From assembly GCA_045114665.1 (NCBI GenBank), contig JBGUKW010000318.1:1868-65867 (forward strand): a stretch of 64,000 nucleotides of DNA. Reading direction: 5' to 3'. Origin of the DNA: Candidatus Xenobia bacterium. GTDB taxonomy: Bacteria; Vulcanimicrobiota; CADAWZ01. The notes under the pieces are model-generated. The model ran no database searches and had not been told where the DNA came from. It saw only the letters and a list, made by a program, of their open reading frames with translations. Positions 38,024-48,613 of the stretch are shown in pieces; the first letter of the stretch is position 1; every line of letters starts with the position of its first letter. The translations under genes were made by a program, and so were the position numbers.

Positions 38024-38121
38024 ATATTATCCTTAAAAAAATAATTTGAATATTTGAAAATAAAAAAAGCGGAGCCGATTTTAAAATCTCTACCGCTTTA
38101 TGTCATCTTATTCGGAAAAAA

Positions 38122-38607
38122 TTATTCTTTTTCACCTTCAGCTACGGCTTCTGCCTTTTCTTCTTCTGATTTTACAACGACTTTTACTTCAGCTTTTACA
38201 TCTTTGTAGATTTTTACTACAGCATGATATTCGCCTACTGATTTGATCTGTTCTTCAACACTGATTTTTCTTCTATCTATAACAATTTTAGTCTTTGCTT
38301 CAATTGCATTAGAGATGTCCTGTGTTGTAACTGAACCATAGAGCTTACCCTCATCACCGACTTTTGCAATTACTTCATATATATTTGCAGAGATGATCTT
38401 TGCTTGCTCTTCTGCTTTAGCCGTATTCTTTGCTATTTTGCGATCACGAGCTACTTTTTCATTTTCCCAAGTTTTAAGATTACCTGGAGTAGCAATTACC
38501 GCATAACTTTTTGGGAGAAGATAATTTCTTGCATATCCATTTTTTACAGTTACGATATCCCCTTCTTCTCCAAGAAAATCGACGTCTTTTGTAAGAATTA
38601 CTTTCAT
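38122..38607 (-). CDS. rplI: 50S ribosomal protein L9
   Basis: MKVILTKDV...GYARNYLLP, typical L9. Confidence 0.9.
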   Translation of the reverse strand: MKVILTKDVDFLGEEGDIVTVKNGYARNYLLPKSYAVIATPGNLKTWENEKVARDRKIAKNTAKAEEQAKIISANIYEVIAKVGDEGKLYGSVTTQDISNAIEAKTKIVIDRRKISVEEQIKSVGEYHAVVKIYKDVKAEVKVVVKSEEEKAEAVAEGEKE

Positions 38608-38649
38608 TGTTTTTTCACCTCATTAAAAATTTCGGTAATCCGGCGTTGA

Positions 38650-38889
38650 TTATGCGGTAAACGGAAGAAGTGCTATAACTCTTGCTCTTTGTACAGCACG
38701 AGTCAAAGCTCTTTGATGTTTTGCACAATTTCCGGAAACTCTTCTTGGAAGAATTTTTCCTCTTTCACTTATGTATTTTCTCAATGTTGCAACATCTTTG
38801 TAATCTGCAACACTGTCTTTTTTAGAACAGAATAAACAGACTTTTCTTTTTGGCTTTCTCATTCTGGAGCCACCTTCACGTCTCATCAT
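38650..38889 (-). CDS. rpsR: 30S ribosomal protein S18
   Basis: CLFCSKK...[22 protein letters not shown]. Confidence 0.95.
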   Translation of the reverse strand: MMRREGGSRMRKPKRKVCLFCSKKDSVADYKDVATLRKYISERGKILPRRVSGNCAKHQRALTRAVQRARVIALLPFTA

Positions 38890-38967
38890 GGCTTTATCCT
38901 TCCTTATATAACTTTTGCACTTGTCGCATTTAATACGACTGGCATATTTTGTTCAAAAATTACTTTT

Positions 38968-39402
38968 TTAAAATGGCAAATCGTCGCTCATTCCAAAATC
39001 CGAACTGTCGGACTGTGGCATGTCTGCATCTGAAATTTCTGGTATTTCATCTTTTGCTTGTGGATTACCAGAACTATTTTTGCGGTCTAACATTCCTATA
39101 TCGCTTGCTATTACTTCAGCGACTGTTCTTTTTGAGCCGTCTTGAGCTGTATAGTTACGAATTTGTAATCTTCCTTCTACATATATGAGTTTACCTTTTT
39201 CAAGATATTTTCCACATATTTCTGCTAAATTTTGCCAAGCTACTATATTTATGAAGTCAACATTTTGTTGTGTTGGATCAGTAGAAGCTTTTTTTAGACG
39301 GTTTACTGCAAGTGTAAATGAACAAACAGGCTTGCCTGTTTGAGTATATCTCATTTGTGGAGCCGCTGTTGTACGACCGATTAAAATAATCCTATTTAAC
39401 AT
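38968..39402 (-). CDS. ssb: Single-stranded DNA-binding protein
   Basis: OB fold (NRIILIGRTTA.P.MRYTQTG), Gly/Pro-rich linker, acidic tail ending DDLPF. Confidence 0.95.
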   Translation of the reverse strand: MLNRIILIGRTTAAPQMRYTQTGKPVCSFTLAVNRLKKASTDPTQQNVDFINIVAWQNLAEICGKYLEKGKLIYVEGRLQIRNYTAQDGSKRTVAEVIASDIGMLDRKNSSGNPQAKDEIPEISDADMPQSDSSDFGMSDDLPF

Positions 39403-39422
39403 GTCGATTTACCCTTTTATTT

Positions 39423-39710
39423 TTATTTATCAAGTCTTATGAATAATGAACGAACGATTTTTTCATCAAGTCCCATAAGTCTTTTTGTTTCATCTGTTGT
39501 TGCAGGAGTTGCTTTGTAGTTCATGCAAACATAGAATCCCTCAAAATGACCATTGATTTCATAAGCAAGTCTCTTTTTTCCAAGAGTGTCAATCTTTACA
39601 ACTTCTCCGTCATGACTTTTAACTAATTCGGCATATTTATCCATAATTGCACGAATTTCGTCATCAGAAAGACTGGAAGCTATTATATAAGTTACTTCGT
39701 AAGCGTTCAA
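39423..39710 (-). CDS. rpsF: 30S ribosomal protein S6
   Basis: 95 aa. YE.TYI ... KRLAYEINGH.EG.Y. Confidence 0.95.
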   Translation of the reverse strand: MNAYEVTYIIASSLSDDEIRAIMDKYAELVKSHDGEVVKIDTLGKKRLAYEINGHFEGFYVCMNYKATPATTDETKRLMGLDEKIVRSLFIRLDK

Positions 39711-39894
39711 AAAAATATACCTCCGTATTTTTCTTTTCTATAACTTTATCACTATTTTTTTTCAAAAAGTGGTTTTCTTACAAAACTATTTTTTCATTAT
39801 ACTATTTTGATTTAAATAATGCAAGTTTTATTTTATTTTTTTATAATATAATTTTTAAAATTAATGATTATATCTTATATAAATATAAAAAACA

Positions 39895-41172
39895 CTATAT
39901 ATCTGGATCAAAATCAAAGTTCTGACCACCTATAATTATATTGTCCCCTGCTTTTGCACCTGCATTTATAAGTGCATCTTCCAATCCAATACCTTTAAAT
40001 TTTTTCTGCAGATATGAAACAACATCTGGATTATATAAATCCATCATAGCCATGAGTTTTTCTATTTTATATCCCTTAACTATAAATGAATCGTTTTCTC
40101 TCTCCACAGTAAAATCTGTAATCATTTTTTCAGGGCGTATTGGTATTATTGTTTCAGGAACATCTGGAGCTTCTTGTGCATATTGGAATATTTTTTTTGA
40201 AAGTTCTTCTATTCCTTCCCCTGTATCGCAAGATGTAAAAAGAACATCTATTCCTTTTTCTTTAAAAATATTCTCTATTTTTTTCAAAATTTTCCTATCT
40301 TGGACTAAATCAATTTTATTTAAAACAACTATTTCAGGTTTATTTTCCATTGACTCATCATATAAATCTAATTCATTTCTTATTGATTCATAAGTTTTGA
40401 TAGGATTTTCTTGTGTTTTCTCATCAGATATGTCAATCATGTGGATCAACATTCTTGTTCTTTCAATATGTTTTAAAAAGAGAAGTCCAAGTCCTTGACC
40501 TTTATGAGCCCCTTCAACAAGCCCTGGAACATCTGCCAAAACTACTTCAACATCTCCATCTTGCATTATACCCAATACAGGATTTAATGTTGTAAAGGGA
40601 TATGAAGCTATTTTAGGATTTGCAGATGTTATTTTAGATAAAAGAGATGACTTTCCAGCATTTGGAAAACCTACTATTCCAGCATCAGCCAATATTTTCA
40701 ATACAAGCCTAACCCATTTTTCATCACCTGGTTCTCCTTTTTCAGAAAAACGTGGTACATGCCTAGTAGGTGTTGAAAATTTTGCGTTACCTCTTCCACC
40801 TCTTCCGCCATGGGCAACTATAAATTGTTGTCCATGCTCTGTTAAATCACATATTGGATCACCTGTTTCACAGTCATATACAAGAGTACCTGGTGGAACA
40901 TATAAAATGATGTCTTTTCCATTTCTCCCATTTTTTCTTGAACCTTGACCATGAACTCCAGGAGAGGCTTTGAAATGTGCTTTATATTTAAATTGTAAAA
41001 GATCGTTTTCTCCTGCATCTGTTTCAAGTATTACATTTCCACCGCTTCCGCCATCTCCGCCATCTGGACCACCGTTAGCGACATACTTCTCTCTTCTGAA
41101 ACTAGTGCAGCCGTTTCCACCATCTCCGCCTTTTACAAAAATTTTCGCTTCGTCTATAAAACGTTCTCTCAT
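39895..41172 (-). CDS. obg: GTPase Obg/CgtA
   Basis: Gly-rich Obg fold (GGDGGNGC, GGPDGGDGGSGG). G domain GFPNAGKSS, DVPGLVEGA, NKID. C-terminal OCT domain. Confidence 0.95.
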   Translation of the reverse strand: MRERFIDEAKIFVKGGDGGNGCTSFRREKYVANGGPDGGDGGSGGNVILETDAGENDLLQFKYKAHFKASPGVHGQGSRKNGRNGKDIILYVPPGTLVYDCETGDPICDLTEHGQQFIVAHGGRGGRGNAKFSTPTRHVPRFSEKGEPGDEKWVRLVLKILADAGIVGFPNAGKSSLLSKITSANPKIASYPFTTLNPVLGIMQDGDVEVVLADVPGLVEGAHKGQGLGLLFLKHIERTRMLIHMIDISDEKTQENPIKTYESIRNELDLYDESMENKPEIVVLNKIDLVQDRKILKKIENIFKEKGIDVLFTSCDTGEGIEELSKKIFQYAQEAPDVPETIIPIRPEKMITDFTVERENDSFIVKGYKIEKLMAMMDLYNPDVVSYLQKKFKGIGLEDALINAGAKAGDNIIIGGQNFDFDPDI

Positions 41173-41270
41173 GTTCTTTTTCTAAATTTAATTAATTAGG
41201 GCATGTTGGTAAAATCTAAAATATCCAATAAAGATTTCAAAAACTAATCATGATTATACCAACACACCTT

Positions 41271-41293
41271 AAAAAAGGCTGTTGAAAACAGCC
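41271..41293 (-). terminator. Rho-independent terminator downstream of rpmA
   Basis: GGCTGTT-TTC-AACAGCC followed by TTTTTT on the minus strand. Confidence 0.55.
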
Positions 41294-41320
41294 ATAATTT
41301 TTATTTTATGGGGAAATTTA

Positions 41321-41614
41321 TTACTCAGCTACTTCTTCAACTTCAACTTCTGTTACATTTACATATTTTTTGTTATGACGCATTGTGAATTCTACTGTAC
41401 CAGTAGCTGTTGCAAAAATAGTATGGTCTTTGCCCATTCCTACATTTTCTCCAGGATAGAACTGTGTTCCACGCTGACGAATGATTATATTTCCAGGAAT
41501 TACGGCATTGCCTCCGAATTTCTTTACTCCGAGACGCTGTGAATTACTGTCTCTTCCATTTCTTGAGCTTCCCATTCCTTTTTTATGAGCAAATATTTGA
41601 AGATCGAATTTCAT
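41321..41614 (-). CDS. rpmA: 50S ribosomal protein L27 with N-terminal pro-sequence
   Basis: MKFDLQIF^[15 protein letters not shown]. The conserved L27 core follows a 9-aa extension, the type cleaved by Prp in some lineages. Confidence 0.95.
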   Translation of the reverse strand: MKFDLQIFAHKKGMGSSRNGRDSNSQRLGVKKFGGNAVIPGNIIIRQRGTQFYPGENVGMGKDHTIFATATGTVEFTMRHNKKYVNVTEVEVEEVAE

Positions 41615-41885
41615 TGTTTTTAATCCTTTCTACTCAATAAGGTTTAATTCTTTTTTGAATTGATTAGCATGTTTGAACAAAATTATTGTGATTTTTGAAT
41701 ATGCAATCTATTACAGTTGAAATATTATAGCATGTGTTTTTTGTAAATGCAAGATCAAAAATAAATAAAGGAAGAATAATTCTTTAGAAAAATATTTATT
41801 TTTAGAAATATTTGATATAATTATAAGAAAAATACGACTATATTCAAAATATAATGTATTTTTTTTAGGAAGGAGTAATAATATT

Positions 41886-43247
41886 ATGAAAGTTTTAAAT
41901 ACAATAGCCATTATTTTTTTCTTTTTATTTATATGTTTTTCTAATGGTTATTGTCAATTTATGAAAGTTGTCAGTACTGTTCCTGTAAATAACCAAAAAG
42001 ATGTTCCTTTAGATCAAGTTATTGTTATAAGATTTAAACAGCCATTGAGAAAAAATATAGCTAATCCAGATTTAATTTTTGAAGTTCAATCAAAAACTCC
42101 TGTTAAATCAACTCTTTCTTTTTCAGACGATAAAAGAACAATTTTTGTAACACCCAATGAACCATTAAAAAGAAATACTTATTATATGGTAAACATAACA
42201 ACACTTGTTTCAGATATGGAACTAAGAGATTTCTATACAAAAGATGTTCATTTTACGACTATAGGTGGAAATTTTAGATGTATTGCCTATAGTACCCCTG
42301 CCGAAATAACACTTCCACCAGGTGGTTTTAAAGATGTATTATATAAATTTACTGAAACAGGTGGTGGAATAGGTGAAATAAAGCGTTGTAAACTCTCCTA
42401 TGAGACTTTAAATGGTCAAGAAATAAGCAATAGTATGAATGAAATGAAACTGTTTATAAAAGACAAAGAAACAGTAACTCTTCCTGCTTCTATTTCTATT
42501 CCTATTGAACTTGGAAATCGTCTTAAAGGTTCTACTATATATATAAGAAGAATTTTCGAAGGCGTTGATGGAGATAATAATTACTTTACAATAAGAACTG
42601 GAATAAAAACAACTATTGCTGATAATATAAATGTTTCAAATAATAATTGGAAAGCAACTGTAACATCTCCAGAATATGGAGCTGTTGTTCCAAAAGGTTC
42701 TATTATTTCTGTCGAATCTGTACTAAATGGAGTACCAAATAGTCAAGTTCATGGTTGTTGGGTTGTAAATGGCACTCCAACTGGATTTTTTGCTGCAAAT
42801 ACAGATGTTAATGGAAGATTAAAACAATCTTTCTCTGATAAATTTTTGGCAGCAAATTCAGGAACTTATTCTGTTGCACTTCAAATTATATCCCCAGTAA
42901 AAATGACATGTGAACCTATTGAATATATTGTTAGTGCTTCTCCTGTAAATTCTCCTATATTGATGTATCCAAAGCCTTCACAAATATTTAAAAAGAATTC
43001 TTCAAACACTCCTTCATTTAAGTGGGCTTCAACTCTTGGGGCTATTTCATATAAATTTGCAATTTCCAAAAAGAGAGAAGACGCTTCTAAAGTATGGGTT
43101 GATTGTACAACAAATAGTTATACACCAACTTGGGTAAAATGGAGTGAATTGGAAACTGGAACTTTTTATTGGTTTGTAAAACCAGTTTTTCCAGATGGGA
43201 AAGTTGGAAATGAAGCCCCTCCAAGTATGTTTATGATTAATGATTAA
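41886..43247 (+). CDS. Secreted hypothetical protein with an N-terminal bacterial Ig-like (Big/SbsA-like) region
   Basis: 453 aa. Signal peptide. PVNNQKDVPLDQVIVIRFKQPL resembles Ig-like SbsA-type domains. Confidence 0.45.
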   Translation: MKVLNTIAIIFFFLFICFSNGYCQFMKVVSTVPVNNQKDVPLDQVIVIRFKQPLRKNIANPDLIFEVQSKTPVKSTLSFSDDKRTIFVTPNEPLKRNTYYMVNITTLVSDMELRDFYTKDVHFTTIGGNFRCIAYSTPAEITLPPGGFKDVLYKFTETGGGIGEIKRCKLSYETLNGQEISNSMNEMKLFIKDKETVTLPASISIPIELGNRLKGSTIYIRRIFEGVDGDNNYFTIRTGIKTTIADNINVSNNNWKATVTSPEYGAVVPKGSIISVESVLNGVPNSQVHGCWVVNGTPTGFFAANTDVNGRLKQSFSDKFLAANSGTYSVALQIISPVKMTCEPIEYIVSASPVNSPILMYPKPSQIFKKNSSNTPSFKWASTLGAISYKFAISKKREDASKVWVDCTTNSYTPTWVKWSELETGTFYWFVKPVFPDGKVGNEAPPSMFMIND

Positions 43248-43252
43248 TTACC

Positions 43253-44185
43253 ATGTTAAATATTGAAAAAAATATACTAAAAAATATTGATATTTCAAAA
43301 TATTCCTCTTTTAAAACAGGAGGAAAAGCAGATCTATTTTTCTACGCAGATACAACTGAAAAGTTGAAAGCAATTCTATCCTATACCTCACAAAAAGATA
43401 TTCCAATTTTTATTGTAGGTGGTGGAACTAATATATTATTTTCAGATAGAGGCTTAAGGGGCATGTTAATTGTCAATGCTACATCTGAAATAAATTTACT
43501 AGATGATAATTATGTTACATGCTCTTCTGGTATAAAAATAGAAAAACTTATGTCATTTTGTTTAAAAAATAGCCTTTCTGGAGCTGAATTTTTGACAGGT
43601 CTTCCAGGAACAATAGGAGGAGCTATTTATGGAAATGCAGGAGCCAATGGTTCTGAGATATCAAATTTAATCGAAAATGTAGAATTATTTTCTAAAGATA
43701 AAGGCTTTTTTACCTTAGATTCAGGGGGCATGTCATTTTCATATAGAAACAGTGTTTTAAAAGCAAATGAAATGTCAAAAATTATAGCAATATCTGCTAA
43801 ATTAAAATTAAATAATGGAAACATTTTTGAAATAAAAGATAAGATGAACAAATCAATGGTTAAAAGAGTAAAAAATCATCCTTCAAAATTGATAAAATCC
43901 TGTGGTTGTTTTTTCAAAAATCCATCTAAATTATTTCATGGTGAAAAAATATCTGCAGGGAAACTACTTGATATGTTTGGAGCTAAAAATATGAGAGTTG
44001 GCAATGCTTGCGTTTCCCAAAAACATTGTAATTTTTTGATAAATGAGGCAAATTGTTCTTCCTCAGATATTTTTGAACTTGCTAAAAAATTAAAAGATGT
44101 CGTTTTTAAAAATACTGGGATAATTCTTGAAAATGAAGTGAGAATTATTTCAGATGAACCTCCTTTTGTATCAGTACAATTATAA
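43253..44185 (+). CDS. murB: UDP-N-acetylenolpyruvoylglucosamine reductase
   Basis: FAD-binding domain (IFIVGGGTNILFSD) and MurB C-terminal domain. Confidence 0.9.
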   Translation: MLNIEKNILKNIDISKYSSFKTGGKADLFFYADTTEKLKAILSYTSQKDIPIFIVGGGTNILFSDRGLRGMLIVNATSEINLLDDNYVTCSSGIKIEKLMSFCLKNSLSGAEFLTGLPGTIGGAIYGNAGANGSEISNLIENVELFSKDKGFFTLDSGGMSFSYRNSVLKANEMSKIIAISAKLKLNNGNIFEIKDKMNKSMVKRVKNHPSKLIKSCGCFFKNPSKLFHGEKISAGKLLDMFGAKNMRVGNACVSQKHCNFLINEANCSSSDIFELAKKLKDVVFKNTGIILENEVRIISDEPPFVSVQL

Positions 44186-44223
44186 AAAAAGTGGTGTGAA
44201 AGTTTTTTCACACCACTTTTTTT
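44184..44223. terminator. Bidirectional rho-independent terminator (murB and the convergent His-rich protein gene)
   Basis: AAAAAAAGTGGTGTGAAA-GTTTT-TTCACACCACTTTTTTT. Confidence 0.75.
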
Positions 44224-44262
44224 ACCATACAAATTTTGTTTTCACATTCTTTTACTTCACTT

Positions 44263-44655
44263 TTACCATCGTGTTCTATAGTCTTTACCTTTATATTCTA
44301 TTTCGTCTTCGTTTATAGTCCATTCTTTTTCTTCATAGCCTGGTTTTATCTCTATATATTCTTTTATTTCACAAGCACCATCATTATATTCAAGAACTAC
44401 TTTATGTGAACCAAAAGGAACTTTAAATTCTTCTCTGTCATTTGGCTCAAGCTGTTTTTCATTGTGATCATCTATTACTACATAAAATTTTACATCTGTC
44501 TCATTTATTATTTTTATTACTCCATCTCTTCTGTGTTCATGGTCATGGTGTTCAGGATTGTAATGATCATAATGATTTGGTGGATGTGCTACAGCAGTTT
44601 TAGCAAATAAAAATAAACAGCAGAAAAAAGCTATAATTAAAAATTTATATTTCAT
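44263..44655 (-). CDS. Small secreted His-rich protein
   Basis: 130 aa. Signal peptide. HPPNHYDHYNPEHHDHEHRRDG segment. Confidence 0.4.
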   Translation of the reverse strand: MKYKFLIIAFFCCLFLFAKTAVAHPPNHYDHYNPEHHDHEHRRDGVIKIINETDVKFYVVIDDHNEKQLEPNDREEFKVPFGSHKVVLEYNDGACEIKEYIEIKPGYEEKEWTINEDEIEYKGKDYRTRW

Positions 44656-44666
44656 TTTTTTTCTCC

Positions 44667-45830
44667 TTATTTTTTTATTTCAGTAGATTTTTCTTTTGTT
44701 TTTATTGCAAAAACAGAAAAAATTCCCAAGATTGACATAATTCCAGATATTCCAAAACTTATTGTAAAGTTTGACATATCCATTATTTTACCTGCGAGAT
44801 AAGGTCCTATCAAACAACCTATCATCATCGCCGATATTATAATTCCAAATGCTGTGTTTATCTTTTCTTTAGGTAAGACTTTCGGAATTATAACATATAC
44901 AGGGGTCATTATTATTCCCGCCCCAAAACAGAAAAATATTAAAGATATAAACATTGGTATTTGAGCAAATGGAATAAATATAAGTCCTAATCCTTGGGAA
45001 ATCAATCCAATATTCAATATTACTTTTGAATATTCCCCTTTAGACAATATTTTTCCAACTATAGGAGCAAATAATATTGCCCCCCATAATCCAGCAGATA
45101 ACATTGTGCCTCTTATATGCCAATCTATTTTTAAATGTTCATAATAAGATGGAGCTAATGTTACATAAGCCATTGAAGCAAGATTTGCCAACAATACTAT
45201 TATTGCGAGTGGAATTATTATATTTGCATTTGGAATTCCTATATTCTTTTGACTGTCTTTTATATCTTTATCCTTGTTATTTGTCTCTGGAAAGAATAAA
45301 AATAAAACTGCCAATAATCCTGAAATTACTGTAGGAATATAAAAAGATTCAAAGAGACCTATTTTTTGTGCTATGTTATGATAAAATGTCAGTGTTAAAA
45401 TAGAACCAACTGGTATGGCTGTATTAAAAAATCCCATTAATTGTGGAACATTTTCTTTTGGTAAATATTGCGGAATTATCCCTGGCACTAAAACTGATAT
45501 TGTAGCACAACCTATTCCTATTAATATTCTTCCGATAACTGCTGAATTGTAATTTGCAAAAATAGGAAATAATAAATTTCCTATACATATTAAAAATAAT
45601 CCCAATACTAAAATATATTTTCGACCTATTTTATCTGCTAATTTTCCTATTGGAGTTGATATAAATATTCCAGGTAGGGATATTATTCCCATCAATATCC
45701 CTAACATTGAATATGATATGTTTAGAATTTCTTTTAAATCATTGTTTATAGGTGTCAATAATTGTATATTTATTCCCATTACTGCCATTGACAGCCAAGC
45801 AATAAGAAATATTAAAATATTTTTAATCAT
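44667..45830 (-). CDS. MFS transporter
   Basis: 387 aa. 12 predicted TM helices. MFS motif GKLADKIGRKYIL. Confidence 0.8.
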   Translation of the reverse strand: MIKNILIFLIAWLSMAVMGINIQLLTPINNDLKEILNISYSMLGILMGIISLPGIFISTPIGKLADKIGRKYILVLGLFLICIGNLLFPIFANYNSAVIGRILIGIGCATISVLVPGIIPQYLPKENVPQLMGFFNTAIPVGSILTLTFYHNIAQKIGLFESFYIPTVISGLLAVLFLFFPETNNKDKDIKDSQKNIGIPNANIIIPLAIIVLLANLASMAYVTLAPSYYEHLKIDWHIRGTMLSAGLWGAILFAPIVGKILSKGEYSKVILNIGLISQGLGLIFIPFAQIPMFISLIFFCFGAGIIMTPVYVIIPKVLPKEKINTAFGIIISAMMIGCLIGPYLAGKIMDMSNFTISFGISGIMSILGIFSVFAIKTKEKSTEIKK

Positions 45831-46001
45831 AATTATAAATTTTATTTCAAATTTTGATAAAATTTACCGCAATTCGGTAAATTAACTGCTAAAATTATAA
45901 TTCTGTTGTGTGAAATAATATTATAAAAAATCCCCATTTTTATTTGGGGATTTAATTATTTCATTATATATAATGATATATATTTTTTGTTGATATGAAA
46001 A

Positions 46002-46493
46002 TTACATTTTTTCTTTTTGAGGTTCTCCATGTACAGAATTTATTTCTGAAGCAACTACAAATTTAAAATTTCTTGAAAAATTTTTGTTGTTATTTATAAT
46101 CAATACATCTATATATTCTGCATTTATAGATTTTTCATTTTGTGGAATTTCATAACTCTCGGTCAATTGTCTCACATTGATTTTTTTAATTTTTTCACCC
46201 TCTGGGCTGAAAAACCATACATCAAAATTACAATCTATTTTTCCTATAATATCTTCAGAATTTAAATAAAAATATTTTCCATTTTTTATCGTAAATTTTA
46301 CATTGAACTTGTAAGGTACAGAAAATTTTGCATTTCCTTCTGGATACGAATACACTTCATAAGCTGAAGAATCATGGGGTATCAAAAAACCTCTTCTTAA
46401 ACTCTCTGCATTAGAAATTCCTAAAAAAGTTAAAAATAAGGTAAATGATAACAAAACTACAATGTATATATTTTTTGTAATAAAAGGTCTCAT
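46002..46493 (-). CDS. Secreted hypothetical protein
   Basis: 163 aa, signal peptide. Confidence 0.4.
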   Translation of the reverse strand: MRPFITKNIYIVVLLSFTLFLTFLGISNAESLRRGFLIPHDSSAYEVYSYPEGNAKFSVPYKFNVKFTIKNGKYFYLNSEDIIGKIDCNFDVWFFSPEGEKIKKINVRQLTESYEIPQNEKSINAEYIDVLIINNNKNFSRNFKFVVASEINSVHGEPQKEKM

Positions 46494-46496
46494 ATT

Positions 46497-46964
46497 TTAA
46501 TTTTTCTCTTCACTCTGTATAAATTTTTTGACAGAAGGCATTAAATCATTTATAAAAAGTTCCATTTTTCCCCTCCGTTCATCATTTTCAAGTATCTGTT
46601 TTAAAATACTTGATTTCATTGCAGAAAATCCTTTGTTTTTTGCCATTTTTGAACCAAATTCTTTTTTTAAAGCACTTTCAACTATTCTATCTGTAGCTTC
46701 TTCAAGAAAATTTTCTGAATTTTCATCTAAATTTGACAAATTTTTTATAGCACTATTTCTAAATTCCTGCATTTTTTCATTTTCTGCCTGTTTTTGAGCT
46801 TGCTCACTTATTGCAGATGTATCACCACTTTGTATTCCAAAGAAGTGACTTTGATGTTTTTCTACAGGAGAATTTGATTCATTTTTAGCTTTTTTTTGGG
46901 ATATATATAACTCTTCAGTTGTAAACATCATCCCAAATTGATTAGGATTTATAGAATTATTCAT
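46497..46964 (-). CDS. Hypothetical protein (divergent from the flgB operon)
   Basis: 155 aa, no recognised motif. Confidence 0.35.
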   Translation of the reverse strand: MNNSINPNQFGMMFTTEELYISQKKAKNESNSPVEKHQSHFFGIQSGDTSAISEQAQKQAENEKMQEFRNSAIKNLSNLDENSENFLEEATDRIVESALKKEFGSKMAKNKGFSAMKSSILKQILENDERRGKMELFINDLMPSVKKFIQSEEKN

Positions 46965-47277
46965 TTTAGCTATATCCTATATTATATTAATAAATAATTT
47001 GCGAAACGCTTTTTAATATAATCACTTTAATTTTCTTTTTAGTAAATACTTTTCCTGTTTTTTTTTTATTTGAAACTATTATTACAAATATGTACATTTT
47101 TTTTAAATGTTAAGAAAATGTCTAAAATCTTTAAGAGTCTGTAATATCACTCTTTTTAACATACTGTTAATATTTCGTTAACGAATTTGTAAACTGTTTT
47201 AGTTATTATTTAAACAAGTAAAAGTCTTTTTATAGATATTTTAAGAAATTCTCCAAGAAGTGAGGGGGGCATATTTA

Positions 47278-47679
47278 ATGGATATATTTAATGTTTCACA
47301 ATGTTATGAAAAAGCTCTTGACGCTGCATCCCTTCGTCAACAGGTCATTTCAAACAATATTGCCAATGTAAATACTCAGGGATTCACTCCTTCAAAAGTC
47401 AATTTTGAAGATGAAATGAAGAGATGTATGGCTGCTGCAAATGACAATGACGGTTTTCAAGTAGTTTGTGATTTTTCTGACGAAGACCTTGGCGTTGTTG
47501 GTTCAGCTGATGGTATCGCAGGAGTAAAGCCAAGTGTTGTTTCAAGTGGTACTAAAGTAGATGTAAATCAAGAAATGGTTGATTTAGCTAAGAACAATGT
47601 TATTTTTGATGCATTGACAGCACAGGTTACTGGTAGATATTCAAATCTAAAATATGTTATAGATAACTATGGAAGATAA
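47278..47679 (+). CDS. flgB: Flagellar basal-body rod protein FlgB
   Basis: Rod N-terminal motif (SNNIANVNTQGF). ATG at 47278 with a GAGGGGGG SD (ORF track starts at an upstream GTG). Confidence 0.9.
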   Translation: MDIFNVSQCYEKALDAASLRQQVISNNIANVNTQGFTPSKVNFEDEMKRCMAAANDNDGFQVVCDFSDEDLGVVGSADGIAGVKPSVVSSGTKVDVNQEMVDLAKNNVIFDALTAQVTGRYSNLKYVIDNYGR

Positions 47680-47728
47680 TTTTGAAATATAATATATAAA
47701 AGGTTAAGAAAAGGAGGCTATTTAGAAT

Positions 47729-48199
47729 ATGGATTGCGGAATGTTCAGATCAATGGATATAGCGGCATCAGGTATGTCTGCAGAAAGATTCAAACTTGAT
47801 TTAATTGCCGACAATATCGCTAATGTAAACACAACTTCCACTAAAGATGGGACACCTTATTTAAGAAAGATGGCTGTTATAACTGCAAAAGATGCTCCAG
47901 CATTTGCACTCCCATGTGGATTAGGAGATGATGAACCTTCAGTTCCTTCAACTGGAGTTCAGATTTCTGGATTCAAAGTTGATACATCTGAAAATGCTCT
48001 TAGATATGTATATGATCCAAGTCATCCAGATGCAGTTCAAGAAGGAAAATGGAAAGGATATGTGGCCATGCCTAATATCAACATTATTTCTGAAATGACT
48101 GAAATGATGAAAGCTTCAAGAGCTTTTGAAGCCAATTCAACTATTATCGAATCTGCTAAAACAATGGCTCAAAAAGCCATTCAGATGAGCAGAATATAA
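47729..48199 (+). CDS. flgC: Flagellar basal-body rod protein FlgC
   Basis: IADNIANVNTT and the conserved C-terminal rod motif (MPNINIISEMTEMMKASRAFEAN). Confidence 0.9.
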   Translation: MDCGMFRSMDIAASGMSAERFKLDLIADNIANVNTTSTKDGTPYLRKMAVITAKDAPAFALPCGLGDDEPSVPSTGVQISGFKVDTSENALRYVYDPSHPDAVQEGKWKGYVAMPNINIISEMTEMMKASRAFEANSTIIESAKTMAQKAIQMSRI

Positions 48200-48223
48200 T
48201 TTAACTTGAGGAGGAAATAAAAA

Positions 48224-48541
48224 ATGTCAGCTCCTTTAAATGCAATCTCTGGTATAACCAGCAATATTCCGTCAATATCTTCGGATATGACGAAGTCTGT
48301 TTTTGCTAAACCTGAAGTAGGCGGTGGATTCGATTCAGTTTTTACAAGTTGTATGAACAAAGTAAATACTACAATGAATGCAACCCAAGAACTCGGAGAT
48401 AAAATCGCAACAGGTGAGGTCGGTAGTCTTCACCAAGTTTCAATAGCTGAAATGAAATCAAAGATTATGCTTCAGCTTACAACACAAGTCGCTGCAAAAC
48501 TTTCATCTGCTGCTTCTACACTTTTCAATATGCAGATGTAA
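48224..48541 (+). CDS. fliE: Flagellar hook-basal body protein FliE
   Basis: 105 aa. Conserved C-terminal FliE region (ELGDKIATGEV...LHQVSIAEMKS). Confidence 0.85.
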   Translation: MSAPLNAISGITSNIPSISSDMTKSVFAKPEVGGGFDSVFTSCMNKVNTTMNATQELGDKIATGEVGSLHQVSIAEMKSKIMLQLTTQVAAKLSSAASTLFNMQM

Positions 48542-48613
48542 ACATTGTCAAGGATATTTATTTATATTTGTCAAAATATAATTTTGAAAAAAATTTAAAA
48601 GAGAGGTGCTTAT

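Noticed and set aside
38060-38105. Possible terminator between rplI and dnaB (GCGG...CCGC plus T-run on the minus strand)
   Set aside because: The stem is only 4-5 bp with internal mismatches. rplI-dnaB are normally co-transcribed, so it is at most a weak attenuator.
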